A program made the position numbers and the translations under genes. From Phallusia mammillata (Eukaryota), in contig OZ281497.1 in assembly GCA_965637545.1 (NCBI GenBank), positions 5,022,001-5,086,000 on the forward strand: 64,000 nucleotides of DNA, given 5' to 3'. The notes below the pieces were generated by a model that was given only the letters and a program-made list of their open reading frames with translations, was not told where the DNA came from and made no database searches. Positions 1-13,407 of the stretch are shown piece after piece; position 1 is the stretch's first letter, and the number at the start of each line of letters is the position of its first letter.

Positions 1-3000
1 GAAAGCCTGAAGAAGACCCTGATGTACTTTTGAAGGTAAACATTTTGCGGTTGTTTCTGTGTTTTTTATCTACACCAGTAAAGCTCAAAAGCTTTTGAAA
101 TAAATTTCGGGAGCTGCCTTGATAGAAAATAGATAAAAACAGGCCACACTTTCCTGCACATAGTTTAAGGCAGAGTTGTTAATGGGCCTGAAATTAGAGC
201 CCGATTCCGTCCCGTACCCAAAACCTGGCCCCAATCCGAATTGTTTTTTAGAAGCCTGTTTAGACCCTAAAGTTTGATTGACCGGCCTATACATTGAAGC
301 ACAAGGAAAAACCAAGACAACAAACACCATAGATAATAATATACAACTGGTCTTGAACAAGGCATTATTAGGGCTGATTGACATTAGGTCAGGTCCAGCA
401 ACTAGATCAGTGCTCTTCAACCTTTTTAGTGACACGGAACCCCCAAGGTGTTTTGTCAAACTTTGCGGAACCCCCATAGAATCATTTTGAATGAATGTAA
501 CTCAAGTAGGCTGAATCAAAGCAACATACATTTTTACGTAACACACCCCAAGCACATAACAAATGTTGACTTCAATTAAATTAAACGATTTACTGAAACG
601 CATTTCATGTTATTTAGATTGATCGTTTGTACATTTATCTCAGAATTCAAAGAGAGATTATCAAGACTTTGATTATTACATCACAATTGATCAATGGTGT
701 AACCAAGGTTAACTAGATTGTACAGCCCTTTCAGGGTTCCGCGAAGCAAATCTAGTTAACCAAGGTTAACTAGATTGCATTGCTGTTCGCAACAATGATA
801 TTATGAATCATTTATGTTTGAATTGCTACACATAAGCTCTGCGAACCCCTGTGCGACCCTTAAAGTTCGCGGAACCCCTGAAAGGGCTGTACGGAACCCC
901 AGGGTTCCGCGGAACCCCGGTTGGGAACCACTGAACTAGATACTTAGCTAGTTAAGCTTATTCTATAAAATACTGACACAGAGTATAAAGTCAGGGCCAA
1001 ATTAGGCCCAATTTTTTTAAGAAATCTAAGCCCAACCCTGGCCCGACTTACAACTTTGGTTTGAGCATCACTGATCTCAAGCATGGTCCAAGACTAAGAT
1101 TTGCCTTGCTGCATCAGCAAAACAATTTTGAACTCAAACTTGTTTATTTTTTAGGAAAGAGGCCACCGTGAAAAGTCAGAAAGAAAACACAGGTGGGTGC
1201 AAGTTTCTCTGCAAGAAAAAAATAATTGGTGCAAATAAAATACAGTAACTGCGTTTTTCTTTCATGTAGATCTGATGACTATGATGCAGAAAAGGTAAGT
1301 CTTGTTTGCTGCTTTCCATTTGACAAGTAAAAAAATCTAAAGCTTTTATAATAATATCTTATATAAAATACCTTCCATAAAAAAATAGATTAATGGCGAA
1401 AATAATAGCTCAAATAGACGTAAAAAGCGCCATGCTTTATTGCTCACATGTTTTGGCAAATGCTCATGACTCCAGTGTATATAAACGGGTGTAACTGATG
1501 GCCTTCATATCACTGATGATGGCATGAGTATTTGCCGAAACGTTTGAATAATAAAGCATGCCGCTTTTTGTGTCTATTCGGGCCGTTATTTTCACCGTTA
1601 AACTTATGAACAGATCCGTATATAGTGTTTAAAAAATAGCTTATCTAAAAATATGCATAATTTGTCTCAGGAAAGACGCAAAAGAGAGAAAAAAGAAGAA
1701 AGAAGGCGAAGGTAAGCCTATGAACTTATAGTTAATTATGATGAGTAATTTGTTTGTGAAAATATTAAAATAATGCACATTATAAGTAAGCTGCAGATAG
1801 TGCAAACTCTTTTGGCATATAATGGCTCATAGATGCAGCTTGTGATATACAATTGACCATATTTTGGCTAATGTAGCCACACTATAGCACTCCAGTTTGT
1901 TGAAAGTAATGCAATTTGTAATGCAAGGCATGATATTTTTGACATGAAAAGTGAAAATAGATCTGTTTCTTCTTTTTCAGACACGAACAGCAAGAGGAAG
2001 AAGAAAGGGTAAAATCTTGGTGTTTAAAAGTAGCAGTTTATCGATTTTTAGCTCAAAAATCATTTACTTCTCAACACTGTTTTTCATGGTCACAAAAAAA
2101 TAAAAACAATGGCATTTTTCTATGGTTTTAGAGAAGAGAAAAACGAAAACACAAAAAGGAACATGAAGCAAGTAATGGGGACAGGTATGTTAAAAACCAA
2201 CAACTTTGTTTTGTGTTTACTTGTTATGCCACTGGTTCTTAACCTTTTTAGTGTAATTTCCCACTAAAGTCAATTACCGAGTTTAAACTTTTTTTTAGTT
2301 TCAACCCGATTTTGGTGATTTTTATGATGATGTTTTGTGTCGTACATTAGCAATGATGTTCTTCAATCAATGAAATATATTCGGCTTGTGACCAAACAAT
2401 CATATTTAAAACATAGCCAAGTGAAACTAAAGGCATGATATACTTATTTGATATTCGAGTAAAGCTTTATACAACAATTTAGGTACTATTGACTTATGCA
2501 TTTTTTCTCTGCATGTATTTTCTCACCTGTTGAGAACCACTGTGTTACCAAATGACAAAAATAACTGGTTACAACTCTTTGTTTGCAGAAACCGGGAAAA
2601 AGAAGCCACGACAAAAGTAAGTGATTATCCTTTCAAATTTGCAACATTGCTATTTACAAACAGAAGACAGTGCACATTGTTTTGGCCTATAATGTCTCAT
2701 CAGCGCAGCTGGTGACGAGATATTGGCCGTATTGGCTAGTGTAGGCATAATGGATCGAAACAGTGTGCACTGTCGGCAGCTTATCATTTATTGGCTCTAT
2801 GCTTTTACACTATTTTCAAAACTTGTAAATTGTTGCATTATTTTATAGAGCAGTCGTTCCAAAAGTAAACCCACAGATGAAGAAACTTACAGGTAAACTA
2901 ATGATTTTTTTACCCCACTTTTTACAAGATTACAAAGCCTTTTATATATTTCAGTGCACCAACGCAAGAAAATGAAGATGGGGTAAGTTTTTTATTTATT

Positions 3001-6000
3001 TAGTGACAATTCTTCTATTCATAGTTAATGATTACAACTAAACAAAATAAGGAATGTATAATAAAGAATGCGAGTGCGCTTGCTAAAGGTACAGCTAAGT
3101 AATGGCAACATGTCCGTGAATGCGAACGTCTTTCCTAAGGCACATGTTGTTAATTGTAAAATGCTCGCGATTTTCGGGTTGATGACAACATGCTCGTGAT
3201 TGCACGGGCATTTCTTAAAGGTATATGTTGCATTCTATGCCATGCTATAAGTTTTCCTCTAGATCAGGGGTGGGCAACCTTTGTCACTGTGGGGCCAAAT
3301 ACAATTGTAACAATTAGATCGCGGGTCGAACCTTTATATGACACAAGGTGATTTTACTTCGTTGCATACCAAAAACGCCTTACTACAAGTAAAATTCGCA
3401 TTTGATTCTCGCAGCATATTGTCAGGTCGCAGAAAAATAGCACCAGGCGCACTAATCTGCTCAAAAATATATAATAATTGGACTCGTTTGCCAGTACATT
3501 TGAAAGTGTCTTTGCGGGCCGCACAACCTTTAATCAATGGCCGCATGGTAAGAAACAACTGTAGAACAAAAAGTAGTGTTTAATTCAGTATTCAGAAATC
3601 AAATAATGAATTTATGAGCGCAAAAAAACTTCGGCACGTAACTGCTATGTTGTAAAAAAGTCGAAAATTGTTTGCCACATAGGCAATATGCCGTAATAAT
3701 ACGTGTCTATCTGTAGTACAATTATGAGGATGAAGAATTTGAAGATTATGAAGATGATTTTGAAGACGGAGAGGAAAAACTTGAATCAGAAGTAATATTT
3801 TTTTAGTTTGTGTCTAGTTCTTTGGCAATTGAATGGAAAACTGTGTTGTTTTCAGAATGAAGAAAACAACAGTGAAATGAACGCCATAATTCGAGCAATT
3901 AACGAAGAAAACGAAAGAGTTGCTTCAGCGAGAACCGCGTCTTCCAGAAGTGATCATAAACCAGTGGTAAGCAACATTACCTTAATAACAGTTTTGTTTA
4001 ACTTAAAAAGCACTTCTGGTCCTATACAGGTCGTCTTCATCAGGGTAAATAATGTCGTTGTGACGTGCTTGCGTTTAATTTTGTTTCCTTTGGTAATCGT
4101 GCGCTGTACTACGCATATTCAGTGTTATTTACCCTGATGAAGGCAACTTGTATAGAACGTCGAAACGTTGGGGCTAAATACAATTGCCAGAAGAGCTCTA
4201 TAAAGTTGTTGATGTTATGCCTGTCAGCATCAGCTTATGTATAACAGTTTTTCAATATCTCTGATAATAAATTTTTAAAGTAGAAAACCTCAATCAATAT
4301 GATTGAACAAAATGTACAAGCTGCAAGAACATATGTAATTGTTTTTATGTTGAACATTTTAATAAGTTTTTTATTGGACAACCCTGCATGTTATCACTTG
4401 GTAAGTAGTTTTAATGGAGAAAAATATACTTCATGCGAAAATTATAATTTTGCGGACTTCTAAAGGTATTGACTGAGCTATTTGGGTTACGGTTAGAGTT
4501 TGTAAATAAATGAACACTTTAATCATGCCGTATTTAATCTTTTTGGGCTTATACATTTACATTCCACACACTATGAGGCATGCTATGCCGTAAAATGCAG
4601 CATTCAGTACCACCCGTTTTTATTGCAGTAATTTTATGCAACAACCTTTAATTTAGCTTTGTCGGCCTTTGTTGATATATCTTACTTTTTGTAGCGTTCA
4701 TCAGAAGACAAAACTGTGTCATATTTGTTAAAAACTAGATATACCGATAAAAAACTTCAACTATGTTTAAAATGCAAACGTTGGGTGATTGTACAACAAA
4801 GTAACAAATAATAGTAGTTCAAAGGTTATGTATCGCTATGCGTGTAAACGAACGTAACCAGTGGTGAGATTCAGCCGGTTCGCACCGGTTCTATAGAACC
4901 GTGTCACGAAATTTTATGAGATCAGCGAACCGGTTAGCATTACTAGTTACTGTCAATGGACTTTTTGTAACAAAATGAAAAATGACTTTTGTGATAGAAC
5001 CGGCTGACAAAAAAATTGAATCCCACCACTGAACGTAACCATATCGGTGCCGATAAATCGGTCTAACCCTAGTTCAATAGTTTTGTATTTTTCCAGACTC
5101 TTCCTTCTGATGATGACGAGGAGAGAGATCATTCATCCCGATCCAGTTTATCGAGTCTCGTTACAACCAACGTCAACTTCTCATCCGGAAGTAGAAGAAA
5201 ACAGGGTGGACGCCTTCACAGAAAAATCCTGTAAGTTAAGGCTACTAGTTAAAATGTATCTGTTGCTTGTGGTTCTCAAACTTATATGGATCGCTACCAC
5301 CTGACAACTTTTTCTATCGCTGTGTGCCATTTAAAGTCCTAAACCCTTTTTAAATGGATAGACCGAGAAATAGACCAATTTACTCAACCTGACTAGCATA
5401 TTCAGCAATTTCAAAGAATGTACAAAACACGAGTTTCGCCTAAACCAGGGCTGATCGGTTGGATCATTTGGGTTGCAATTTTAGATCGGGCTTAAATTAG
5501 GTATAGCAGAAAGCTACTGGCGTACCACCTGAAAAGTACCACTATAGTGTACCGCAGTTTGAGAACCACTGCCTTATAGTGTCGCATTCAATATAAATAC
5601 CAAGGTGATTACTGATTACTCATTTCAAATTGTACCATAAGGAATGTAAAATGGTAATGAGGTAAAATCCTAATGTGTTTTTATACATATTTTATGCCAT
5701 GACTTCTATCGTTTCAGCAAGCGACATCGGGATCTCGCAACACTCATTCAACTTGATTTTGTTTCAATCGACTGCTTTGAACTTTCTCCAGTGACCGAAT
5801 ACAATTTTTACATCAAAAACTTCGGAAGTCAAAACACCCGCCAGGTAATACTCGTACTGCAAGCTTATAAATTAGAGTCACCCAACTTGTTGCGTGGTGG
5901 AGAAAGGCTATAAACAACCTTTTGTTCGTAGATTTAGGGTCATGTAAAGCATTAAGTCATTTGGTATCTACTTTACTAAACATTCTGTGAAGGCGAAAAT

Positions 6001-9000
6001 GCATGTAAACATAGTTCGATTTATTTCAACCAAAAAAACAACATTGGGTTTTGAGCGGCTAGATTCGAACCCCCTGAAAAAAGTTAAACTGAACACGTAT
6101 GCATGGCCATATAAGCGTTAATAAGGAGGCCCAAACGTTTGTGCGTACTCGTTTTTCTAAATTGTTACGGTGTGCAGAGACGAAACGTTGTAATGGTTGT
6201 ATTATATACGTCTCTTAGCTATATTGTTTTTCATCCGCAAGATGGCGCTCTTGTTAGCGGCGGTAAGCAAAAAATTTAGCAACCGAGACCTTGCGAGATA
6301 CACCGAATATGGTGTCCTCAATGTTAAAAATAGATTTTATAGCAGGGAATCACCTGCAGCTGTATATTCATACAGGCTTCTAATATAAATTTGCGCTATT
6401 ACACTTACTTTATATGGTAAGTAAAATTTGTATTTGTACTATATCGCCTTCACTGCATGTACGTAGATTTAAGGTCATGTAAAACATAGTCATTCGGTGT
6501 CTAACATACCAAGATGCTGTTCATGTCTCCAAGTTAGATACATCTCAATCAATAAAGCATTGTGGTCCGAGCGGCTGGATTCGAACTCTGTAAAAAAGTT
6601 GACACATTTTTGTCCGCAAGCGTTAAAGAGGAGGCCTTAAGTTTTTTGCGGTGTTGTTTGTCCAAAAAATGTGGTATGCAGAGGCAAACTCGATAACATA
6701 TATGTTGTATTCAAACCAAAATCAACACGGCTCGTAATATAGTTTACAATATATGTATAAGTTTGTAAAGTTCTAGCTGACATGTTTTCTTATTGACCAG
6801 GTCACCACTCAATGCAACGACGATTCGTTGGACGTTGAAGTACAGACAGAGGAAGCTGAAACAACAGAAACATGGACACAACATCCGCAAGATGGCGCTC
6901 TTGCTAGTGGTGGTAAAGGTTTACAATTTTAAGAATAGATTTTAGAGCAGGGAACAACCTGTGGCTTTATGGTCATATATGGGATGTAAGATAATTTATG
7001 CGTCTGTACATTAACGTTAAGTACATGCAATTTATTTTACAATGTATGTACTTAGCGCCTTGCATTGATCACACTGGCGGTCGTTAGTGAAAGAAGAGCA
7101 TGTAATACGGCTGGAAATCTGAGTGAATGAGCAAAAATCAAATGAACTAGCGAATTGTGCTCTATTTGTGTTAGAGAAACAACGTTAAATGGATTAAACC
7201 AAAAACCTTATGTTTCAGCCAATATGGACGATTGTCATCTAAACCGAGTTGGTCCAATAGATAAGCGTTTTTAAAGCTTTTGCAGACAGCTAAAAACAGG
7301 CCTACTTTGGCCAATAGCCGGCATTTATTTGTCTGATGTTAGAATACCTTTTCAAACAAAGCACAGATAATCTACCACTGCAGTATTGAGAAAATTTTAA
7401 CCCAGTTTTGTTGTAGGTACAAGGTCAGATACTGCGGGTGACCACGCCTTCGCCACACCCCTTTCGATGCAAGAAGACACCAGATCGTTCTCGAACTTTC
7501 TACAGTATGCAAATGAGCTTGTCGAATCAGCATTTATGGAAGCCACTGTATGGGGAGGTTCGGGTGGCGATCGCAAAAGCTCGTTATCTTTCTGTGATTC
7601 CTGTACACGTTTTAATACCAACATCTCCTACCTACAAGGTGAGTGGGTTGTAACTTAGACAAGGGCTACCCTAAAAGCAATGTACGCAATCTGTTACTGT
7701 GAATATACTTTTCCAACCATGAAATTTACGGAATCTATTTTAACAAAATGCGCAATTAATGAAATGCAAACCTATTTCTGTCGAAGACTTTGTTATTTCC
7801 TGGAATAAATGGAATATACGTATAACAGAGTACCCCTGGCCTATAGACAAAAGGTCTTATCCTTTCTTTTCTTTAACCCTTTGCGGTTTTCGATAATACA
7901 ATTTACGCCAAGGTCCAGGTTTCTTTAACACACAATCTCCATATACCTAAAAACTCCATTATATTTCAAACACAACAGTTGTATCAATATAGGAGTAAGT
8001 ATATCCCCAATTAAGAACGTCTAGCATAGACAAATTTTGCTTTAGACAACAAATGGAGTAAAAAAAAACATACGAAAACAATATGTACCTCTGATATAGT
8101 GGAATTCAATTCAGAACATAAAACCAATTAGAGTATGTTCATTTTATCGGGAGTATAGTACAATTTTTACATCTTATCACTTTCCATTACAATTTACATT
8201 AAGATCTAAGGCACCTCCGTATGCTGAAGTAATAACAGTATAGGAAATTAGTATATACCTGAACCACAGGATGGAGTAGCAGCCATGTTGTTAGTTCAAA
8301 TAACCGCAGAACATTCATCACAACCAAAGCATTAACTTTCCATGTAGTGTTATTATGTTTTAAGTTGTGGCTGCAAATTCCCCTTTAATTGCTTCTTGTT
8401 GTTTCGATTCTGGTGCATGTTTGGGAATTCCAACTTTCGATATGCCGTTGTAAGTTGCTGGTTCGAGCGATTAACGAATGAACAGCGGAAATGGTGGTTA
8501 AACAGAGCTATTAACAACCTATGTGGACACATACGCATTCCATAAATCAGGGGTGCACAACCTTTTTGCTAAGACGGCCGCATCGCAGATCCTTATTTCA
8601 CCAACGGCCGCCAATTACCTGCTTGTTTTTGTTTTTAAATTTATTATGTGAAAATAGGGCTTGCCCCACATACATAAACCATCTAATGGAGTCCAAAAAG
8701 CACGGTTAATTTAAAACTTGATCCACAGATAAACAGTCTGACGACCAGTCTGAGCTATTTATGACGCAGGTTGTGCACCCCTGCCATAAATCAACACCTG
8801 TACCAACTGGCTACAAATCAGTGAACAAAAATTATCTGAACGGTATATCGATACAATACATTTGTAAAGCAAATATTGCACTGTACATTGGTTTGCTGAA
8901 AGTTTTGCAAAATCTAACCACTTTTAGATAGATCATAGTACCAGGCCTATTGAAGCCGTTATGCCGCTTCAAGCCAGTCCCCAAAGCATTTCCTTATAAC

Positions 9001-12000
9001 AAGGCATAAACCATAACTGGTCTGCATGAACGCTTCAGAGCTGATCCCAGTGATGAATAAGTGTTCATTTTAGCACTTTTCTCTGAAAGTCATGGTTGAA
9101 CTGAGTCGTGTTTTTAACCCAGTACGTTTGTTTATAGGGCGTAAGATCGTATTGTCAGCTTTCGGCAATGGATCCATGGCACTGGCATTTAGTGCCGCAT
9201 CTCAACAATTCTCAGCTAGAATTGATCGGAAATGTCTCGTCACAGTGTGGAAAATCACCGACGCTGAAAACCCACATAAGTAGGTCTTAACTTGCTTCTG
9301 TAACTAAGAGGTTGAACTATTTTGCAGCTCTTTGCTGTACTCCGTCTGCTACGTCGTTGGGTAGCAATATAATGTAAAATAGCATGGAATGGTGCAAATA
9401 TATAATAGCTATTGGGGACATTTAGTTTATTGTAGTGTCTTTTATGTTTGTGTATTCGAACATTTGTTATGAACGCAGAACTTCTACTTGTGATTGTTTT
9501 AATCAAATTTTACCGCAAGACCTTAATCACAACAAAGCAACAAAACCCATCTTGTGACTAAAACGCTCGAGGCAAAAATTTTTAAAAAATGACAAAAAAA
9601 TCCCATTAGGATGTTTTGCCTTACGGGGGTATAAGTTAAACTATCTTGCAAAATTCACATAGTTTTTTTCTATTACACAACTTTTTATCTTTGAAGGGTT
9701 TTGGTTTGCGATGCTGTCCCAACCGCGTGTTGCTTCTCTGCCTCCAACAAGAATCTGCTTTTCGTCGGAACAGTTGAGTTGTATTTGTTTGTTTTTGGCT
9801 CTAATCTTAATCTCGTTTGCGTTGAAGCCCTAGTTTACTTGTGCGTTTGGTTTAGCTAGAAAGCAAATATAAATCATTTTTTAATGATTTTAAAAGTTGT
9901 AGAAACCATTAGGATGTTACATTTTAGTATGTGCTATCGCAGCAGCGGCCTGTCCAAAAACAGCACTCTTTATATTATAAAGTCGTTCTCAAACGTTTTT
10001 AGCATGCGGTACATTAAAAAACTGATTTTTTTTCTTCCGCTGCACACTTGGCAGTTAAACATAACAAAAGTTGTTCAAAGAATGGTAATTTTCAACTTTA
10101 TTGTAGTGGGTAAGGATGCTTTTTATTACCAATAACAAAAATGTGAGCTTTGAAACGTTGTCATACACACAAGAATTTTGCCATGAAGTCCTAAAACACC
10201 AGGGAATGTTTTCACTTTAACATGGGAAATCTTTAGCCGCACAGTTTGAGAATCACTGCTTTATACGTTGCATTTGGGCGCCTTGGTATTTAGGACGATG
10301 GTTGTGTGCTGGCTTACGACTTGGCGGAACCGAGCACGATGCACCACAAGTTGCTGTTAGAAAAAAAGAAAACCAACATATTCCGTTCCCCTACCTACAC
10401 TACTGGTATGTAGAAAACAACCGCCACGAAGATTAAATCGTGTAGTTGTAGCAGTTAAGCTTGGGTTACTTTTTCTTACCGCTTAAAAACTCTAATAAAG
10501 ATAATGTAGTGACGTTAACACTATGTCTATTTCAGGTTGGACAGACGACACTCATTCGAGCCCTATTGTAGCTGTTCATTCCCTCACAGATGACGGAGCA
10601 ACCAACCAGATCTACTCGTTAGAGGAAAATTCACGTATCTGTGTTTGGGTAATTCACTAATATTTTCCCCTTTATACAAATTAGTTAGGTATATGTTTGC
10701 GGATCTTTAAAGAAACATGTGACCTTAATGTTGATACAACTCATTAGCCACCATGGCCCTGGTTTAGAGCAATGGAGCTGTAGCCTCAACCGTAAGCCTT
10801 TTTAGAGGTACATCGTTTCAAATGGGTAAAGTGCTCTTTGTGCCACCTATCGAAAATTAGCTAATGGTGGGTCTGCTCTGAGATAAGTGGATTTTCCGAT
10901 TTTATGACCCATGCTCTTGGCACTACCTACTGAATTATGTTAACGTGAGTTTAGTAGTCGTTAAAACCGCATCCCTTATCACCCAACTTTACGTTGATTA
11001 TAAGACTTTACGTTGATTATAAGACAATTATATAAGACTGATATGGAATATTATGAGAATTATATTTTGACACAGTTGGTTGCCGAAGTGGTTTCTGACG
11101 TAGACGATGACGTCGGTCTGGTTCCGCATGGACGCGTAAAGCTCGTCAGAGGCATGGTGATCGACGTGCCCACGTAAGTCACATATGTGAACACGTAAAA
11201 TTTATTTCAAAGCAAACATGTTTTTTGTGTTACAGCACGGATATTTCAACCTGCGTTCGCTGCCCTGATGCTAAAACTTTCTACGTAGGAACAGACAGTG
11301 TGAGTGACTCTAGGGTGGTTTGTTGGCTGCCAACTGTCAATTGAGTACAATATGTATATGTAGTAGAAGTGGGCCGAGTCGAGCCAGAACCCGAGTACTC
11401 GGTACCGAGCATCGCTGTTTTTGATGCTCGGTGCTCGGCCGAGCAGTTGCACAAATTGACCCGAGCATTAAATTTGCATATTTATCCCCTGCTAAGATAC
11501 GACTAGTGTTCGAAAGGGTATCTAATAACAAAAATTACTGTTGTTTTAAATGCGTTGGATTGTGGAAAACGTGTACTTCTGTGGCCTGTACAGCTTAATA
11601 TACCGCTGGTGACGTGAGGGGACTCGCGTGCTCGACCAAACAGAACATTTGCGACTTTGGCCCCCATGTAGCTTTAACTATTGGCTTGCAAGCCACCAAA
11701 CCTGTCTAGCTCAGATGGCAGAGCGCTAGCCTCATTCCGTTGTGTGTTTAATCTCTGTTTATTTTTAAACCAACTTGTTTTTGGTCGTAAAACCGAATTT
11801 TGTACAAAAAAGACCGACTTAACCTCATAATGTTATTGGACAACGAGTGTGTTTTAATGTGACTACTTGTGATAAAAAAAATCGTTGAGCCTAAACTTTT
11901 CCCTAGTCTAAACAGATAGGCGAAACACGAATTAGAAAAAGGGTAAATTTATATTAAACGACACAGGTTTCCTCACATACAAAATGATAAACAACGTCCG

Positions 12001-13407
12001 TAAACATAAGGCCCATATTTATAAACACCTTACCTCATAATCATAATAATCGTTTCCTAAAACCCCTATTGCGTTCGATGTTTTTGTTACAACATAATAA
12101 TAACAGCCTATCTTCCGTTTACGTAGCTTTATCCGCTTAATGGGTCAACATCCCATTAGGGCAAAACAATTCCTACGAAATTTCCGTATAACTAAGGTGA
12201 TGCAATTCTCGGCACGAACCGGGGTTCTAAGATCCTTTGTTATTGGTAGCTGTGATGAATGCCTTGTCAAATTTCAAAACCAGCGAAGCGTATTGAAAGT
12301 TGATAGTTTCATGGATGGAGAAATGTCCTGACTAAGTTCTAACATGGACTTTTTTGTTTTCTATGCCCTTATGAAACCCTAAAGCTTTTGAGTTACATTT
12401 AAACGATGCCATCGCAGTAAGCAGGCACTTAGCTCGTTCAATAATGGAAAAATTGCACAAAAATGGTTTTCAAAGTGTTACAACAAGGCTATACACTGTT
12501 AAATTTATTTAGTTTTGTCGGCAGGTTCAGAAAAACTTTTGATTTGTAGCACATATATGTAGACTTGTTATTTGCGTATGTTTCAGATTTGAATGGTTAA
12601 CTGGCGTGTTTTTCTACGTTAACCTTAATAACGTCGTTTTGGGTTCCATACTATTTCACTATGTTCTCTTTAAACTATTTTATTTTTTTCTTCAGGGAAA
12701 CATTATTAGCGTAACAAGAGACAAGCGTCGTCGTACATTCGACTCTCGACATTTAGGAGCCGTCACTTGTCTTGCTTTTAACCCATCCTCGTCTGAATTA
12801 ATGTTATCAGGGCACGTAGATGGTTCTCTGTGTCTTTTCCACATTGGACAAGGTAAAAAAATTCCAAAATCTTCCTTCTCTCTAAAGCGAAACTGGAAAA
12901 AAACGCAACCTTTTTTCTTTTTCTCTCGTTTTCTGTAGGAGCGCGCCTGATGAGTTGGACTGTGGGGGAAGAACCCATCGTTGCTTGTGATTGGTCGAAC
13001 TGCCGCTCCTCGGTATTTGTGGCACTCGATTCGACCAATCAGATTCACGTATGGGATTTAATGGCAATTGACTCTGCTCCTGCCGTGTCGTGTAAACTGG
13101 ATGACAGGTAAGTTATATTGAAGATTTGGGCGGTATATATCAGTTAAATGCTTTTTTTATTGCGCAGGGCTCTATCTCTTTGTATTGATCAATGTTCAAA
13201 AAAATCAACAAGCTTGGTGAGAGAAATTCGTGTCTTCTTTTGACAAATTGTTAATTGTTAGGAAATAAATAAAAACGCCTTTTCTTGCAGCTGGTTGCTT
13301 ACGAGTCATGTGACTTTGAGGTTCACCGACTTTCGTCACACTTCACCGACTCTGTGACGTCAGACGAGGCCGAAAGCATGACGTCATCGATCCAAATGTT
13401 TGCTTGA
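1..13407 (+). CDS. DYNC2I1: Cytoplasmic dynein-2 intermediate chain 1 (WDR60), multi-exon, 5' end lies upstream of window
   Basis: Spliced exons give a K/R/E-rich N-terminus, YNYEDEEFEDYEDDFED (3717), LIQLDFVSIDCFELSPVTEYNFYIKNFGSQNTRQ|VTTQCNDDSLDVEVQTEEAETTETWTQHP (5718-6890) and WD40 repeats (LGAVTCLAFNPSSSELMLSGHVDGSLCLFH, IVACDWSNCRSSVFVALDSTNQIHVWDL). These match WDR60 motifs recalled from memory. Stop TGA at 13405-13407, AATAAA at ~13442. Confidence 0.85.
692..933. mobile_element. Degenerate hAT-type MITE with internal GGGTTCCGCGGAACCC palindromes
   Basis: Right TIR GGTTGGGAACCACTG at 919-933; left TIR degenerate; internal 20-bp duplication. Confidence 0.55.
1390..1601. mobile_element. 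Inverted-repeat element (~52-bp arms) enclosing a hammerhead; Penelope-like/retrozyme-type remnant (inferred)
   Basis: 1390-1441 and 1550-1601 are reverse complements with few mismatches. Confidence 0.6.
1510..1547 (+). ncRNA. Minimal type I hammerhead ribozyme motif
   Basis: TCA-CTGATGA-T-GGCA-tgagtatt-TGCC-GAAA-CGTT-TGA: core intact, palindromic ACGT helix III, 3-bp stem I, GUU triplet. Confidence 0.55.
3265..3545. mobile_element. hAT-type MITE fragment
   Basis: Left TIR CAGGGGTGGGCAACC and internal GCGGGCCGCA; right TIR not found. Confidence 0.5.
4126..4180 (+). ncRNA. Minimal type I hammerhead motif (family A)
   Basis: TATTTACC-CTGATGA-A-GGC...GTC-GAAA-CGTT-GGGGCTAAATA; stem I CC/GG plus TATTTA/TAAATA. 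Confidence 0.6.
4859..5031. mobile_element. hAT-type MITE
   Basis: TIR CAGTGGTG(A/G)GATTCA; perfect 8-bp TSD AACGTAAC (4851-4858, 5032-5039). Confidence 0.9.
5267..5571. mobile_element. hAT-type MITE
   Basis: GTGGTTCTCAAAC ... GTTTGAGAACCACTG TIRs; TSD decayed. Confidence 0.7.
8548..8783. mobile_element. hAT-type MITE
   Basis: TIR CAGGGGTGCACAACCT; perfect 8-bp TSD CCATAAAT. Confidence 0.9.

Noticed and set aside
85-490. Overlapping ORFs of 130 aa (-) and 70 aa (+)
   Set aside because: They lie in a DYNC2I1 intron over repeat-like GGGCC/CCCG sequence, have non-ATG starts and show no recognisable motif.
7219-7300. Apparent extra DYNC2I1 exon (ANMDDCHLNR...)
   Set aside because: It runs into TAA, and the flanking exons already join in phase without it.
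11700-11735. tRNA-like TAGCTCAGATGGCAGAGC
   Set aside because: A box/D arm only, with no T arm or acceptor stem; a SINE fragment at most.
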